Shown: in pieces, positions 1 through 9,481 of the stretch
How positions within the stretch are numbered: position 1 is the stretch's first letter
Layout of the letters: each line of letters starts with the position of its first letter
Source: an uncultured Planctomycetota bacterium
GTDB taxonomy: Bacteria > Planctomycetota > PLA2 > JAEUHO01
DNA: 64,000 nucleotides
NCBI GenBank assembly: GCA_963752285.1
Contig: CAVVXN010000005.1
Location: 1,120,001-1,184,000 of the forward strand
Direction: 5' to 3'
The notes under the pieces: generated by a model
Databases searched by the model: none
Told to the model about the DNA's origin: nothing
What the model saw: only the letters and a program-made list of their open reading frames with translations
Program-made: the position numbers and the translations under genes

Positions 1-66
1 CTGAAGCGCCGTCTCGACGCAGCGGCCACGCTGATCGCGACCGGCCTCGTCCGCGGCAACGTCTGA
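1..66 (+). CDS. 3' end of an unidentified CDS entering the window (partial)
   Basis: Frame 1 reads LKRRLDAAATLIATGLVRGNV* and stops 8 nt before the next gene. Confidence 0.45.
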   Translation: MKRRLDAAATLIATGLVRGNV

Positions 67-74
67 GGTCGCCC

Positions 75-818
75 GTGGACGGACCGGGAGGCGGGGACGA
101 CGGCCGCGCCGGGCTGCGCCCCCTCTCGCTCGACGACGCCGAGGCGATCGAGGTCCGGTTCGTCTCGAGCGCGCGGCTCCACCTCGTCCGCCCGCGGACG
201 CCGGCGGCGGGGCCCGCGCCGCTCCTCCTCCTCCTGCACGGCTACGCCCAGGACCCCGAGGTGCTGCTCCGCTTCGCCGAGGGGATCGTGCCGCCCGGGG
301 TGGCCCTCGCGCTCCCCGAGGCGCCGAACGCGTTCGCGCGCCGCGGGGCCACCCCGCGCCACGGCGTCGTCCACGACTGGATCGTGAGACGCCCGCGCGG
401 GCCGGAGGACCGGCGGAACACCGCCTATCTCCTCGCCGCCCTGGACGCCGTCCGCCACCGGACGCGGGTGGACCCCGCGCGCACCGTCGTGCTCGGCTAC
501 AGCCAGGGCGCGGGCGTCGCGTTCCACCTCGCGACCGAGCGCCCCGACGCGGTGTCCGCCGTCGTGAGCCTCGCGGGCGGGTTCGCGGCGGACTACCGGC
601 CGCGCCTCTGCGCGCTCCGCGGGAAGGACGTGCTCTTCGTGGGCGGACACTCCGACGCGTCCTACCCGCCCGCGTACCAGGACGAGCTCTGCCGCGAGAT
701 CTCCGACGCGGGGGTCGCGCTCACGCGCGAGACGCTCGACGCCGGCCACGCGCTCCTCGAGCCCGCGGCGCCGCTCGTCGCGCGCTGGCTCGCGCCGCGC
801 CTCGCCCCGTCGCCGTGA
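75..818 (+). CDS. alpha/beta hydrolase, phospholipase/carboxylesterase family
   Basis: LLLHGY oxyanion segment, GYSQG nucleophile elbow, G-x-x-D and C-terminal GH triad residues. Confidence 0.8.
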   Translation: MDGPGGGDDGRAGLRPLSLDDAEAIEVRFVSSARLHLVRPRTPAAGPAPLLLLLHGYAQDPEVLLRFAEGIVPPGVALALPEAPNAFARRGATPRHGVVHDWIVRRPRGPEDRRNTAYLLAALDAVRHRTRVDPARTVVLGYSQGAGVAFHLATERPDAVSAVVSLAGGFAADYRPRLCALRGKDVLFVGGHSDASYPPAYQDELCREISDAGVALTRETLDAGHALLEPAAPLVARWLAPRLAPSP

Positions 819-920
819 TCGGGCCGGGACCGGGCCCCGGGACGACCCGGAGACGATGCGGCGCGGGGCCCGCGGGACGCTTCGGCGGACCCGCCCCGGG
901 AACCGCCCCGAGGAGGCCCG

Positions 921-3900
921 CTACCGGAAGCGCTTCTGCAGCGCGTCCACCACCGCGCGGCGGTCGGCCTCGGACCCGTCCGGGTCGTAGCGGTCGAGGT
1001 CGTCCGGGTAGCGACGCCAGAGCGCGGAGGCCGCGGCCACCCGGACGTCGCGCGAGGGGTCGAGGAGGAGCGGCGCCGCGAGCGGGAAGAGACCGTCGTC
1101 GCCGTCGGCCGCGATCGCGTCGGCGGTCGCGAGCCGCAGCGTCTCGTCCCCCGAGGCCGCCAGGCTCCTGGCGGCGTCGGGGTGCGCGCGGAGGAGACGA
1201 CGACGCCCGGCCTCGACGAGGGCCGCGTGCGCCTCGGCGGCGAGGTCCGACCCGAGGAGCGGGGCGAGCGCGTCCGCCCCGGGGTCGAGCGCGTCCCGGA
1301 GCGCCGCCAGGACCGCGCGCGCCTCGGGGCGCTGGGGCGACGGGAGGGCCCGGAGCCGCGTCGCGGCCTCCGAGGCGACGTGCGCCGCGCGCGCGTCCGC
1401 GAGCACGGCGTCCGCGCGGAGCCGGAGGGTGCGGAGGTCCCCGCCGTCCAGGGCCTCCGCGAGACGCGTGAGCGGCTCCGCGACGAGGGCGGCGCCCTCC
1501 GGGCCGCACGGGCGCGCGTCCCCGAGCGCCGGCGCGAGGTCCGCCTCGAACGGCCGACCGGCGCGGTGCGCCTCGACGGCCGCGAGCAACCGCCCGAGCG
1601 CCTCCCTCTCCGCGCTCGACTCCGCGGCGGCGTGGACCTCGGCGTCGAGACGCGCCCGGGCCTCGCCGCACCGGCCCATCGCGAGGAGCACCTCGGCCTC
1701 CAGCGCGACGGTCGCGCCCCGCTCCGCCGCCTCGCGGTCGCCGGGCGGCGGCGCGAGCGCCGCGTCGAGGAGCGCCTGCGCGCGCTGGAGGTACTCGTCG
1801 CCCGAGCGGCCGCTCGCGCGGTCCGCGCGCGCCTGGGCGCGGAGGAGACCGGCCTCGAGCCGGGCCGCGCGGCCGTGGGCCCGCGCCGCGCGCCAGACGA
1901 GGGTCTCGTCGTGCGCGTCGCCGCCGTGCGCGGCGTCGTAGAGGCCGGCTGCGCGCTTCCAGCCCTCGAGCTCGTCCACGACGAGCCCGGGGTCCATCGG
2001 CGCGGTGGCGCGGCGCTCGACCGAGAGCCAGGCGGCCCGCGCGTCCTCGCGGCGGGCGTCGAGCGCGTCCTTCGTGGCCTTCCGCAGACGGGCGTCGCCG
2101 CCGGGCACGGGCGCCTCCTCCGACGAGTCCACGAGCGTCGAGATCCAGGCGAGCGTGTCCGAGAGGTACGTGGTGTTCAAGTGCGCGCGCGGGAGCGGGT
2201 GGAACTCGGGCCACGGGTCGAGGTCGAGCACGGGCCGCACCTCGACCGACGACGGCGGGAGCGCGGCGGCCCGAACGGAGCGACCCGACGCGACGAACGC
2301 GGCCGCCACGGCCCTCTCGTCGTCCAGGCCGGCGTCCGCGAGGTCCCGCTTCGCGGCCGCGATGCGGCGGCGCAGCGCGTCGGGCCCGGGGGCCGCGGAG
2401 CCGCGGCGTCCCACGAGCGCCGTGGACTGCTCGAAGAACCAGAGCGAACCGTCGGGGAACACGTCGAAGAACGTGCGGAGGAACGCCGCGTAGAGCCCCG
2501 CCGGCATCGCGTGCACGGGGAGCCACTGGCACAGCACGCCGCCCTCCCTCAGCCGCGCGCGCGCGAGCTCGTAGAACTCCTTCGTGTAGAAGGGGTAGCC
2601 GGCCGGCGCGTACGGCATCAGCGGCTCGAGCGTGATCACGTCGAGGTCCGCGTCGTGGAGGAGGAGTACGTTTCGTCCGTCGTCGTGGATCACGCGGACC
2701 CGCGGGTCGTGGAGCACACCGCGGTTCGCCTCCGCGAACCGAGGCGCGAGGTCCAGCACCGCGCGGCTCACCTCGACGACCTCGATCCGCCTCACCTCGG
2801 GGTGCGCCGCGACGGCGCCCGCGGTGGTGCCGGTGCCGAACGCGATCACGAGCGCGTTCTCGGGCCGGTCCGCGAGGAGCACCGGCAGGTGGCCGAGGAG
2901 CCGCATGTAGCGATAGTGGCGCCCGGTCGCCGCGGCGAGGAAGTCGTCCGTGTAGAGACAACGCTCGCCGTCCTGGGTGTCTACGACGCTCGCGGTCGTG
3001 ACGGGATCGGTTTCGACCTGGAGCAGCCGTCGCTCCCCGGGACCGCGGAGCACGTGGCTGAACCGGACGACGGTCGCGCCCGCCTCGGCGGGCCAAAGCG
3101 CGACGGCCCCCCCGACGATCGCGAGGAGCGTCACGAGCCCCGCCAGGGCGCCGCGGCGCGAACCGACCGCGCGCCGGCCGAGCGCGAGCGCGGCCGCCGC
3201 GAGCCCGAGCGCGAGGACGCCGAGCCACGTAAAGGCCCCCACGGGCCCGAGCGCGGGCACCAGGAAGAAACCCACGAGCGCCGGCGCCACGATCGTCCCG
3301 AGGCTGTTCGCGAGGTACACGCGCCCCACCGCTTCGCCCGGCGCGAGGCCCGAGAGCTCCGCGTAGCGGACGGCGAGCGGGAACGTCGCGCCGAGAAGGA
3401 ACGCGGGGGGGAGGAGCGCGACCGCCGAGCCCACGAACGCCGTCCACCGAAGCCCGGCCGTCGGGCTGGTGGCCCCCGTGTACGCCCACCGCCGCACCGA
3501 CTCGACCGTCGCGTCGAGGCCCGGGAGAACGAGCGCCCGCTCGAGGAGCAGGGCGGCGCCCGCGAGGACGAGCAGCGCCGCGAGGGCGCGGTCGGGGCGA
3601 CGCGACCGCGCGAGCAGCGGCCCGAGGAGGAGGCTCCCGAGCCCCAGGCCCAGGACGAAAACGCCGACCATCGCGGCGAACGTCGCGGTGAAGCCCTCCA
3701 CGAAGAACACGAGGAGCCGGAACGAGGCCATCTCGAGCCCGAGCCCGAGGAAGCCCGTCGCCGCGGCGAGGGCGAGCGCCCCCGACCGCGCGTGCGTCGG
3801 GGTCGGGCCGCGCTCGATCTCGCGGCGCAGCGGCTCGGGGAGCACGGGAAGGCGCCGGCCGACGGCCCAGGCGACCAGGCCGACCGACGCCGCGACTGCG

Positions 3901-4541
3901 GCGGCGAGGCGCACGGTACCCGTGACCCCGAACGCCTCCACGAGGACGAACCCGGTCGCGAGCGCGCCGAGGACCGCGCCGAGCGTGTTCGCGCCGTAGA
4001 GCCACGCGGTGCTCCGGCCCGCCTCGCCCGGGAGCCGCACCACGTGGCGCACGAGGAGAGGGAGGGTCGCGCCGAGGAAGAAGGAGCCGGGCAGCACGAC
4101 GACGAGCGCGAGCAGGACCCGGAGCACGAGGCGCGGCGCGGGGCCGAGCGCCGCGCCGACGCCCGCGTACGGCGCCTGGAGCGCATGGGCCAGGGGCAGC
4201 GCGAGGACCGCCCAGAGCGCGGCCAGCAGCTCGAGGCGGCCGTAGAGGGCCAGGGGTCGATCGGCCCGCTCCGCGCGCGGGCCGGCCCAGCGTGCGCCGA
4301 GCCCGAGCCCCCCCACGAACGCGCCGAGCACGACGGCGGCGCTCGCGGCCGTCGAGCCGAGGACCAGGACGAGCCCGCGCGTCCAGGCGACCTCGTAGGA
4401 GAGCGCGGTCGCGCCGGTCAGCGTGACGGCGAGGAGGAGGAGGACGAGCCCGCCCCACCCGGGGCGCCCCCCGGCGCGGGAGGCCGGCGCGCCCAGCCGG
4501 TCCGGGACGAGGGGGCGCGGAAGCTCGCGCCCGAGGCTCAC
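921..4541 (-). CDS. fused membrane (MFS-like)/spermidine synthase-family protein with C-terminal TPR/HEAT-like helical region
   Basis: TGATALSYEVAWTR and LYGANTLGAVLG membrane repeats; IAFGTGTT, VEVS, DDGRN, DVITLEP and FYTKEFY SAM/dcSAM-binding domain; helical Ala/Arg/Leu-rich tail. Confidence 0.8.
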   Translation of the reverse strand: MSLGRELPRPLVPDRLGAPASRAGGRPGWGGLVLLLLAVTLTGATALSYEVAWTRGLVLVLGSTAASAAVVLGAFVGGLGLGARWAGPRAERADRPLALYGRLELLAALWAVLALPLAHALQAPYAGVGAALGPAPRLVLRVLLALVVVLPGSFFLGATLPLLVRHVVRLPGEAGRSTAWLYGANTLGAVLGALATGFVLVEAFGVTGTVRLAAAVAASVGLVAWAVGRRLPVLPEPLRREIERGPTPTHARSGALALAAATGFLGLGLEMASFRLLVFFVEGFTATFAAMVGVFVLGLGLGSLLLGPLLARSRRPDRALAALLVLAGAALLLERALVLPGLDATVESVRRWAYTGATSPTAGLRWTAFVGSAVALLPPAFLLGATFPLAVRYAELSGLAPGEAVGRVYLANSLGTIVAPALVGFFLVPALGPVGAFTWLGVLALGLAAAALALGRRAVGSRRGALAGLVTLLAIVGGAVALWPAEAGATVVRFSHVLRGPGERRLLQVETDPVTTASVVDTQDGERCLYTDDFLAAATGRHYRYMRLLGHLPVLLADRPENALVIAFGTGTTAGAVAAHPEVRRIEVVEVSRAVLDLAPRFAEANRGVLHDPRVRVIHDDGRNVLLLHDADLDVITLEPLMPYAPAGYPFYTKEFYELARARLREGGVLCQWLPVHAMPAGLYAAFLRTFFDVFPDGSLWFFEQSTALVGRRGSAAPGPDALRRRIAAAKRDLADAGLDDERAVAAAFVASGRSVRAAALPPSSVEVRPVLDLDPWPEFHPLPRAHLNTTYLSDTLAWISTLVDSSEEAPVPGGDARLRKATKDALDARREDARAAWLSVERRATAPMDPGLVVDELEGWKRAAGLYDAAHGGDAHDETLVWRAARAHGRAARLEAGLLRAQARADRASGRSGDEYLQRAQALLDAALAPPPGDREAAERGATVALEAEVLLAMGRCGEARARLDAEVHAAAESSAEREALGRLLAAVEAHRAGRPFEADLAPALGDARPCGPEGAALVAEPLTRLAEALDGGDLRTLRLRADAVLADARAAHVASEAATRLRALPSPQRPEARAVLAALRDALDPGADALAPLLGSDLAAEAHAALVEAGRRRLLRAHPDAARSLAASGDETLRLATADAIAADGDDGLFPLAAPLLLDPSRDVRVAAASALWRRYPDDLDRYDPDGSEADRRAVVDALQKRFR

Positions 4542-4747
4542 CCGCCCATGAGCTCCTGCGCCTTCTGGGCCAGCCGGATCGTCTTCAGGCGCTCGCGGGC
4601 CCGGCGGCGGCGGCGCTCGCTCGGCTTCTCGTAGTAGGCGTGCCGCTTCACCTCGCGGGTGATCCCCTCGTTGTTGCAGATCTTCCGAAGGCGCCGGAGC
4701 GTCTTCTCGAGGGGCTCGTTCGACTTGGCCTGGACGCGGACCGCCAT
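4538..4747 (-). CDS. rpsU: 30S ribosomal protein S21
   Basis: MAVRVQAKSNEPLEKTLRRLRKIC...YYEKPSERRRR; GGAG RBS upstream of the ATG. Confidence 0.95.
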   Translation of the reverse strand: MAVRVQAKSNEPLEKTLRRLRKICNNEGITREVKRHAYYEKPSERRRRRARERLKTIRLAQKAQELMGG

Positions 4748-5170
4748 ACCTGCTCCACGAGACCTTTCGGGCCTCGACTCGATACGTGGGGATCGGGGCC
4801 CGGGGCGCGGCCCGAAGCAGCGGAGGGTAGAGGGCCCCCCCGGGCGGGTCAACATCGACGCGGACCGCGAGGGCGGCCCGTCGGGGCGAGATCGGGCGTC
4901 CCCCCGGTACCGACCGACGCGGGGTCTCTCGGTCCGACCGGGTCGCCCGACCCCTCGGCGCGCGCGCGACGCCACGGCGGACGTGCGGCGCGCGGTCCAG
5001 ACCCCCCTTCCGATCACCGGACGGTCACCAAACGACGGACCTTCGGCCGTGAGGGTCGAGATTCATGCCCGAAGGACCGACCGAGCGGGGAAGAAGGCGT
5101 GACACGACTTCCGTCCAATGTGGCGACCGCCGGGTCCGTCGGAGGGCGACGGCGGGGGGAGGCGCATCCC

Positions 5171-7558
5171 ATGCGAAGGCCCATCACCTGGCTCGGCACG
5201 CCGACCGGCCGCGCCGTCGGTGTGCTCGGGACCGCGCTCTTGGTGCTGGCGGCCCTGTTCCTCCTCGGTCCGCGGCCCACCCGCGCCGACCCCGAGGGGC
5301 CGAGCATCGTCCTGACCGAGGAGATGGACCTGCAGGCGTTCCTCCGCCTGATCGGGAACGTCACGCAGAAGCCGCTCTACTGGGACCCCCAGTCCCGCCA
5401 GATCCAGGGCAAGAAGATCATCGGCGCGTCCGACCTGAAGGCCCCCGACAAGAACTCGCTCTTCGACATCGCGCGCGCGCTCCTGACCTTCTACGACCTG
5501 GTCATCATCCCGGTCGGGCCGCCCCAGTACGAGGTGTACCTCGTCATGGACGCGCGACAGACGGCCGGCATCCTGAAGCTCAAGCCGCAGTACATCGAGC
5601 TGACCGACGACAACCTCTCCTACTACGAGAGCCAGGACGGTCTCTTCGTCGCGACCACGATCAAGGTCCAGAACATGACGAGCCTCCGTGAGGCGCGGAC
5701 CGCCGTCTCGAAGATCGTCACGGGGACCAACATCGGGAGCGTCACGGAGGTGCCGGCGGCGCGCTCCTTCGTGGTCACGGACTTCGCCCCGAACGTCGTC
5801 GCGATCTACCGCCTCCTCCGCACGATGGACGTGAAGCCTCCCGGCAAGGAGATCCGCTCGGCCTTCATCGAGCTGAAGTACGCCCTCGCCGACGAGGTGG
5901 AGCCGATCCTGACCGACATCTTCACGGGCCGCGAGCGCATCAACGCCCCGTCGATCCGGCCGAACCAGGGCGACTCGGGCAACGACGTCGAGGAGTACCC
6001 GGAGCCGCGCATCATCAGCGACTACCGGACGAACAAGCTGATCATCTACGGCATCCAGGACGACATCGACGCGATCAGGGACGTCGTCGCCCAGCTCGAC
6101 GTGATCATCTGGCAGCCGAAGTCGTGGGTGCACGTGATCCCCCTGAAGAACCTCGACGCGAAAGACACGGCCGAGACCCTCCAGACGCTCATCGAGCAGT
6201 CCACGTTCTTCGGCACCTCGTCCACGAGCGGTGGCCTCTCGAGCTCGCGGGGCCGGAGCAGCGGCGGGGGGGCCCGCACCACGCCGCCGCCCCGGACGGG
6301 CGGCCCGGAGAGCACGAACCCCTCCGACCAGGAGAAGCCGGCCGTCGTAGCGGACGTGGCCAGCAACAGCCTCTTGATCTCGGCCTCGGAGGAGCAGTAC
6401 GCCCAGCTCAAGAAGATCATCGCCGAGATCGACATCAAGAAGCCGCAGGTCCTGATCGAGGCGGCGCTCCTCGAGCTGACGCTCGACGACTCCTACCGGA
6501 TCGCCGTCGAGCTCGGCCTCGGCGACGACAACGGCCTCGTGAACAAGGGCACGGCGTCCGGCTTCGGCTTCACGACCTTCGGACTGTCCACCTTCGCCGA
6601 CAAGAACGGCGACACGTACTTCACGGACCGCATCCCGAGCTTCGTGGACCAGGGCGGATCGGCCCCCACCGGGCTCGTCGGCGGCATCTTCGCCCTCGGC
6701 CAGATCCCGCTCATCTTCAACCTCCTGAACACGGTCAGCCAGAGCCGGATCCTCCAGCTCCCGAGCATCGTCACGGCCGACAACGAGGAGGCGGTGATCC
6801 AGGTCCTGGACCTGCAGGCCACGTCCCAGAGCACGACCACCTCGGGCGGCAACATCACGGGCGGCTTCGGCTCCTTCCAGGAGGCCGGGGTCACGCTCCA
6901 GATCTCGCCCCACATCGCCGACGCCTCGTACCTCCTCCTCAACATCCGGCTCAAGGTGAGCGCGTTCGTGGGCGAGCCCCGGGTCATCGGCGACGCCCTG
7001 CTCCCCGCCAACCAGATCAGCCGCGAGATCATCACGGCCGTGAGCTGCCCGGACCGCCACACGGTCGTCCTCGGCGGCCTCCTCGGCACGAACCAGACCT
7101 CGTCGGTGGACCGGACCCCGTTCCTCGCCGACATCCCCTACCTCGGCTACCTCTTCCAGGGCACGAGCGCCCGCGACCGGGAAACGAGCCTCTTCCTCTT
7201 CGTCACGCCGACGATCATGGCGGAGCCGGACGGCTTCGACGTCCTCGACCAGGAGTCGTGCAAGCGCAAGCTCAAGGCCGACCAGCTGATCGGCAAGACC
7301 GAGATCTTCAACTCGTACTTCCCGGCCTGCGACTACCAGGACCCGTGCACGGGCTGCATCCGCGGCTCCGGCAGCGCCTCGGACCGCCTGGACAAGCTCG
7401 GCGCGTTCGAGGAGACCCGCTTCTCGGGCGTCAGCGAGGAGCGGCTCCGCGCGGAGCGTGTGGCGCGCCTCCAGGCCCTCGGGGGCGGTTCGAACGCGGC
7501 GTCGAACCCGAACGTCCGGGTGCTCAAGGGCACGCCGGTCGGCAGCACGGGCCGCTGA
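5171..7558 (+). CDS. gspD: type II secretion system secretin (GspD-like)
   Basis: Signal peptide; N-domain repeats (LKYALADEV, LKNLDAKDTAETL); QVLIEAALLE, GVTLQISPHI, PFLADIPYLGYLF and LFLFVTPTI secretin motifs. Confidence 0.9.
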   Translation: MRRPITWLGTPTGRAVGVLGTALLVLAALFLLGPRPTRADPEGPSIVLTEEMDLQAFLRLIGNVTQKPLYWDPQSRQIQGKKIIGASDLKAPDKNSLFDIARALLTFYDLVIIPVGPPQYEVYLVMDARQTAGILKLKPQYIELTDDNLSYYESQDGLFVATTIKVQNMTSLREARTAVSKIVTGTNIGSVTEVPAARSFVVTDFAPNVVAIYRLLRTMDVKPPGKEIRSAFIELKYALADEVEPILTDIFTGRERINAPSIRPNQGDSGNDVEEYPEPRIISDYRTNKLIIYGIQDDIDAIRDVVAQLDVIIWQPKSWVHVIPLKNLDAKDTAETLQTLIEQSTFFGTSSTSGGLSSSRGRSSGGGARTTPPPRTGGPESTNPSDQEKPAVVADVASNSLLISASEEQYAQLKKIIAEIDIKKPQVLIEAALLELTLDDSYRIAVELGLGDDNGLVNKGTASGFGFTTFGLSTFADKNGDTYFTDRIPSFVDQGGSAPTGLVGGIFALGQIPLIFNLLNTVSQSRILQLPSIVTADNEEAVIQVLDLQATSQSTTTSGGNITGGFGSFQEAGVTLQISPHIADASYLLLNIRLKVSAFVGEPRVIGDALLPANQISREIITAVSCPDRHTVVLGGLLGTNQTSSVDRTPFLADIPYLGYLFQGTSARDRETSLFLFVTPTIMAEPDGFDVLDQESCKRKLKADQLIGKTEIFNSYFPACDYQDPCTGCIRGSGSASDRLDKLGAFEETRFSGVSEERLRAERVARLQALGGGSNAASNPNVRVLKGTPVGSTGR

Positions 7559-7762
7559 GCGGGTCCTCGAATCTCGGGTCTCGGCGGCGTCCGCGCCAGG
7601 CGACGCCGGGACCCGGGAATGCGGCGGGCGCCGCGCGCGTCCGATACGGGGAAGTCGGCTCTTCCCCGCCCCGTCGTCCCCTCCGTCTCGTGCGAACCTG
7701 CGGGATGCTGCTCCCGTCGCCGCGAGCGAGACGGGCGGGGTGGGTCGGCGTAGGATCCCCGC

Positions 7763-9472
7763 GTGGAAAACCCTCTCCTCAGCACGCTCCGTGACCTCCA
7801 GCTCCTCGACGAGGAGGTCCTGAACCAGGCCCTGGAGACCCAGCGGGAAACCGGCTGGCCGCTCGACAAGGTCCTCCTCTCGAAGGGCGTCCTGACCGAG
7901 CACGACCTCCTCCGGGCCATGTCCCACAGCCTGGGCATGGAGTACGCCGAGACCCTGAACCACGCGGTCGTCCCGCCCGTGTTCGTGGAGCGGGTTCCGG
8001 TTCAGTTCGCCCGGAACTACTACCTCGTGGGCCTCGCCCAGACGAACGGGACCATGCGGGTCGCCACGGCGTCGCCGTTCGACGCGTACCCGATGGACGA
8101 CCTGGCCGCGATGCTCGGCATGGAGCTCGAGCCGGTCCTCGCCCCGCGGACCGAGATCACGGGCCTCATCAACAAGGCCTACCGGAACAAGCAGGACATC
8201 GTCGAGGAGTCCCTCGGCGACCTCCGGGACGCGGAGCTCGAGAGCCTGGCGGCCGAGGTGGGCGACAGCGAGGACATCCTCGACATCGCCAACAAGGCCC
8301 CGATCATCAAGCTCGTCAACACGCTCTTCTTCCAGGCGCTCAAGATGCGCGCCTCGGACATCCACCTCCAGCCGTTCGAAGACCGCCTCCAGGTCCGGTA
8401 CCGGATCGACGGGATCCTGTACGACATGGAGGCCATCCCGAAGAAGATCCAGGACGCGGTGACGAGCCGCATCAAGGTCCAGGGCAAGCTCGACATCGCG
8501 GAGCGGCGCCTCCCCCAGGACGGCCGGTCCAGCCTCCGCCTCGGCGACGCCGAGGTGGACGTCCGCATCTCGGTCGTGCCGACCAACTACGGCGAGCGCG
8601 TGGTGATGCGTCTGCTCGACAAGTCGGCGCGTCTGTACGAGCTCGAGGAGATCGGCCTCTTCGACCAGAACCTCGAGATGCTCGACCGGTTCATCCACTA
8701 CACGCACGGGATCATCTTCGTCTCGGGCCCCACGGGCTCGGGCAAGACGACGACGCTCTACTCGTGCCTCTCGCGCATCAACAGCGTGCGCATGAACGTG
8801 ATGACGATCGAGGACCCGATCGAGTACCACCTGCCGGGCATCAGCCAGATCCAGGTGAACGAGAAGAAGGGCCTGAACTTCGCGTCCGGGCTGCGGTCGC
8901 TCCTGCGCCAGGACCCCGACATCATGATGGTCGGCGAGGTGCGCGACGTCGAGACGGCGCGCATCGCGGTCCAGGCCGCCCAGACCGGTCACCTCGTGTT
9001 CAGCACGATCCACACGAACGACGCTCCCACGGTCATGACGCGCCTGCTCGACATCGGGATCGAGCCCTACCTGGTGGCGTCGTCCGTGATCGTCGCGATC
9101 GCCCAGAGGCTCGTGCGCCAGATCTGCCCGGACTGCCGGGAGTCCTACGATCCCGACGGCGACGACGTGCTCCGCCTGAAGGAGCTGAACATCGAGGTCC
9201 CCCAGCTCGCGGACGGCAAGCTCGTACGCGGCCGCGGCTGCGGGTCGTGCTTCGGCAGCGGCTATCAGAACCGGACGGGGATCTACGAGGTGCTGCCGGT
9301 GGACGACGAGATCCGCGAGCAGATCGTCGAGCGGTCGAGCGCGAGCAAGATGAAGCGGACGGCGTTCAAGCGCGGCTTCCGGACTCTGCGCATGGACGGC
9401 GCCGACAAGGTCGTCCGAGGCATCACCACGATGGACGAGGTACTCCGCGTGACGCAGCTGGACGTGGTGTAG
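7763..9472 (+). CDS. gspE: type II secretion ATPase GspE
   Basis: ASDIHLQP, LDIAERRLPQDG, Walker A GPTGSGKTT, LRQDPDIMMVGEVRD, tetra-Cys CPDC/CGSC. Confidence 0.95.
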   Translation: MENPLLSTLRDLQLLDEEVLNQALETQRETGWPLDKVLLSKGVLTEHDLLRAMSHSLGMEYAETLNHAVVPPVFVERVPVQFARNYYLVGLAQTNGTMRVATASPFDAYPMDDLAAMLGMELEPVLAPRTEITGLINKAYRNKQDIVEESLGDLRDAELESLAAEVGDSEDILDIANKAPIIKLVNTLFFQALKMRASDIHLQPFEDRLQVRYRIDGILYDMEAIPKKIQDAVTSRIKVQGKLDIAERRLPQDGRSSLRLGDAEVDVRISVVPTNYGERVVMRLLDKSARLYELEEIGLFDQNLEMLDRFIHYTHGIIFVSGPTGSGKTTTLYSCLSRINSVRMNVMTIEDPIEYHLPGISQIQVNEKKGLNFASGLRSLLRQDPDIMMVGEVRDVETARIAVQAAQTGHLVFSTIHTNDAPTVMTRLLDIGIEPYLVASSVIVAIAQRLVRQICPDCRESYDPDGDDVLRLKELNIEVPQLADGKLVRGRGCGSCFGSGYQNRTGIYEVLPVDDEIREQIVERSSASKMKRTAFKRGFRTLRMDGADKVVRGITTMDEVLRVTQLDVV

Positions 9473-9481
9473 AGCCGTCGG

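Noticed and set aside
4748..5170. Riboswitch or ncRNA between rpsU and gspD
   Set aside because: Only generic GC-rich stems; no aptamer consensus recognised. An Rfam scan would be needed.
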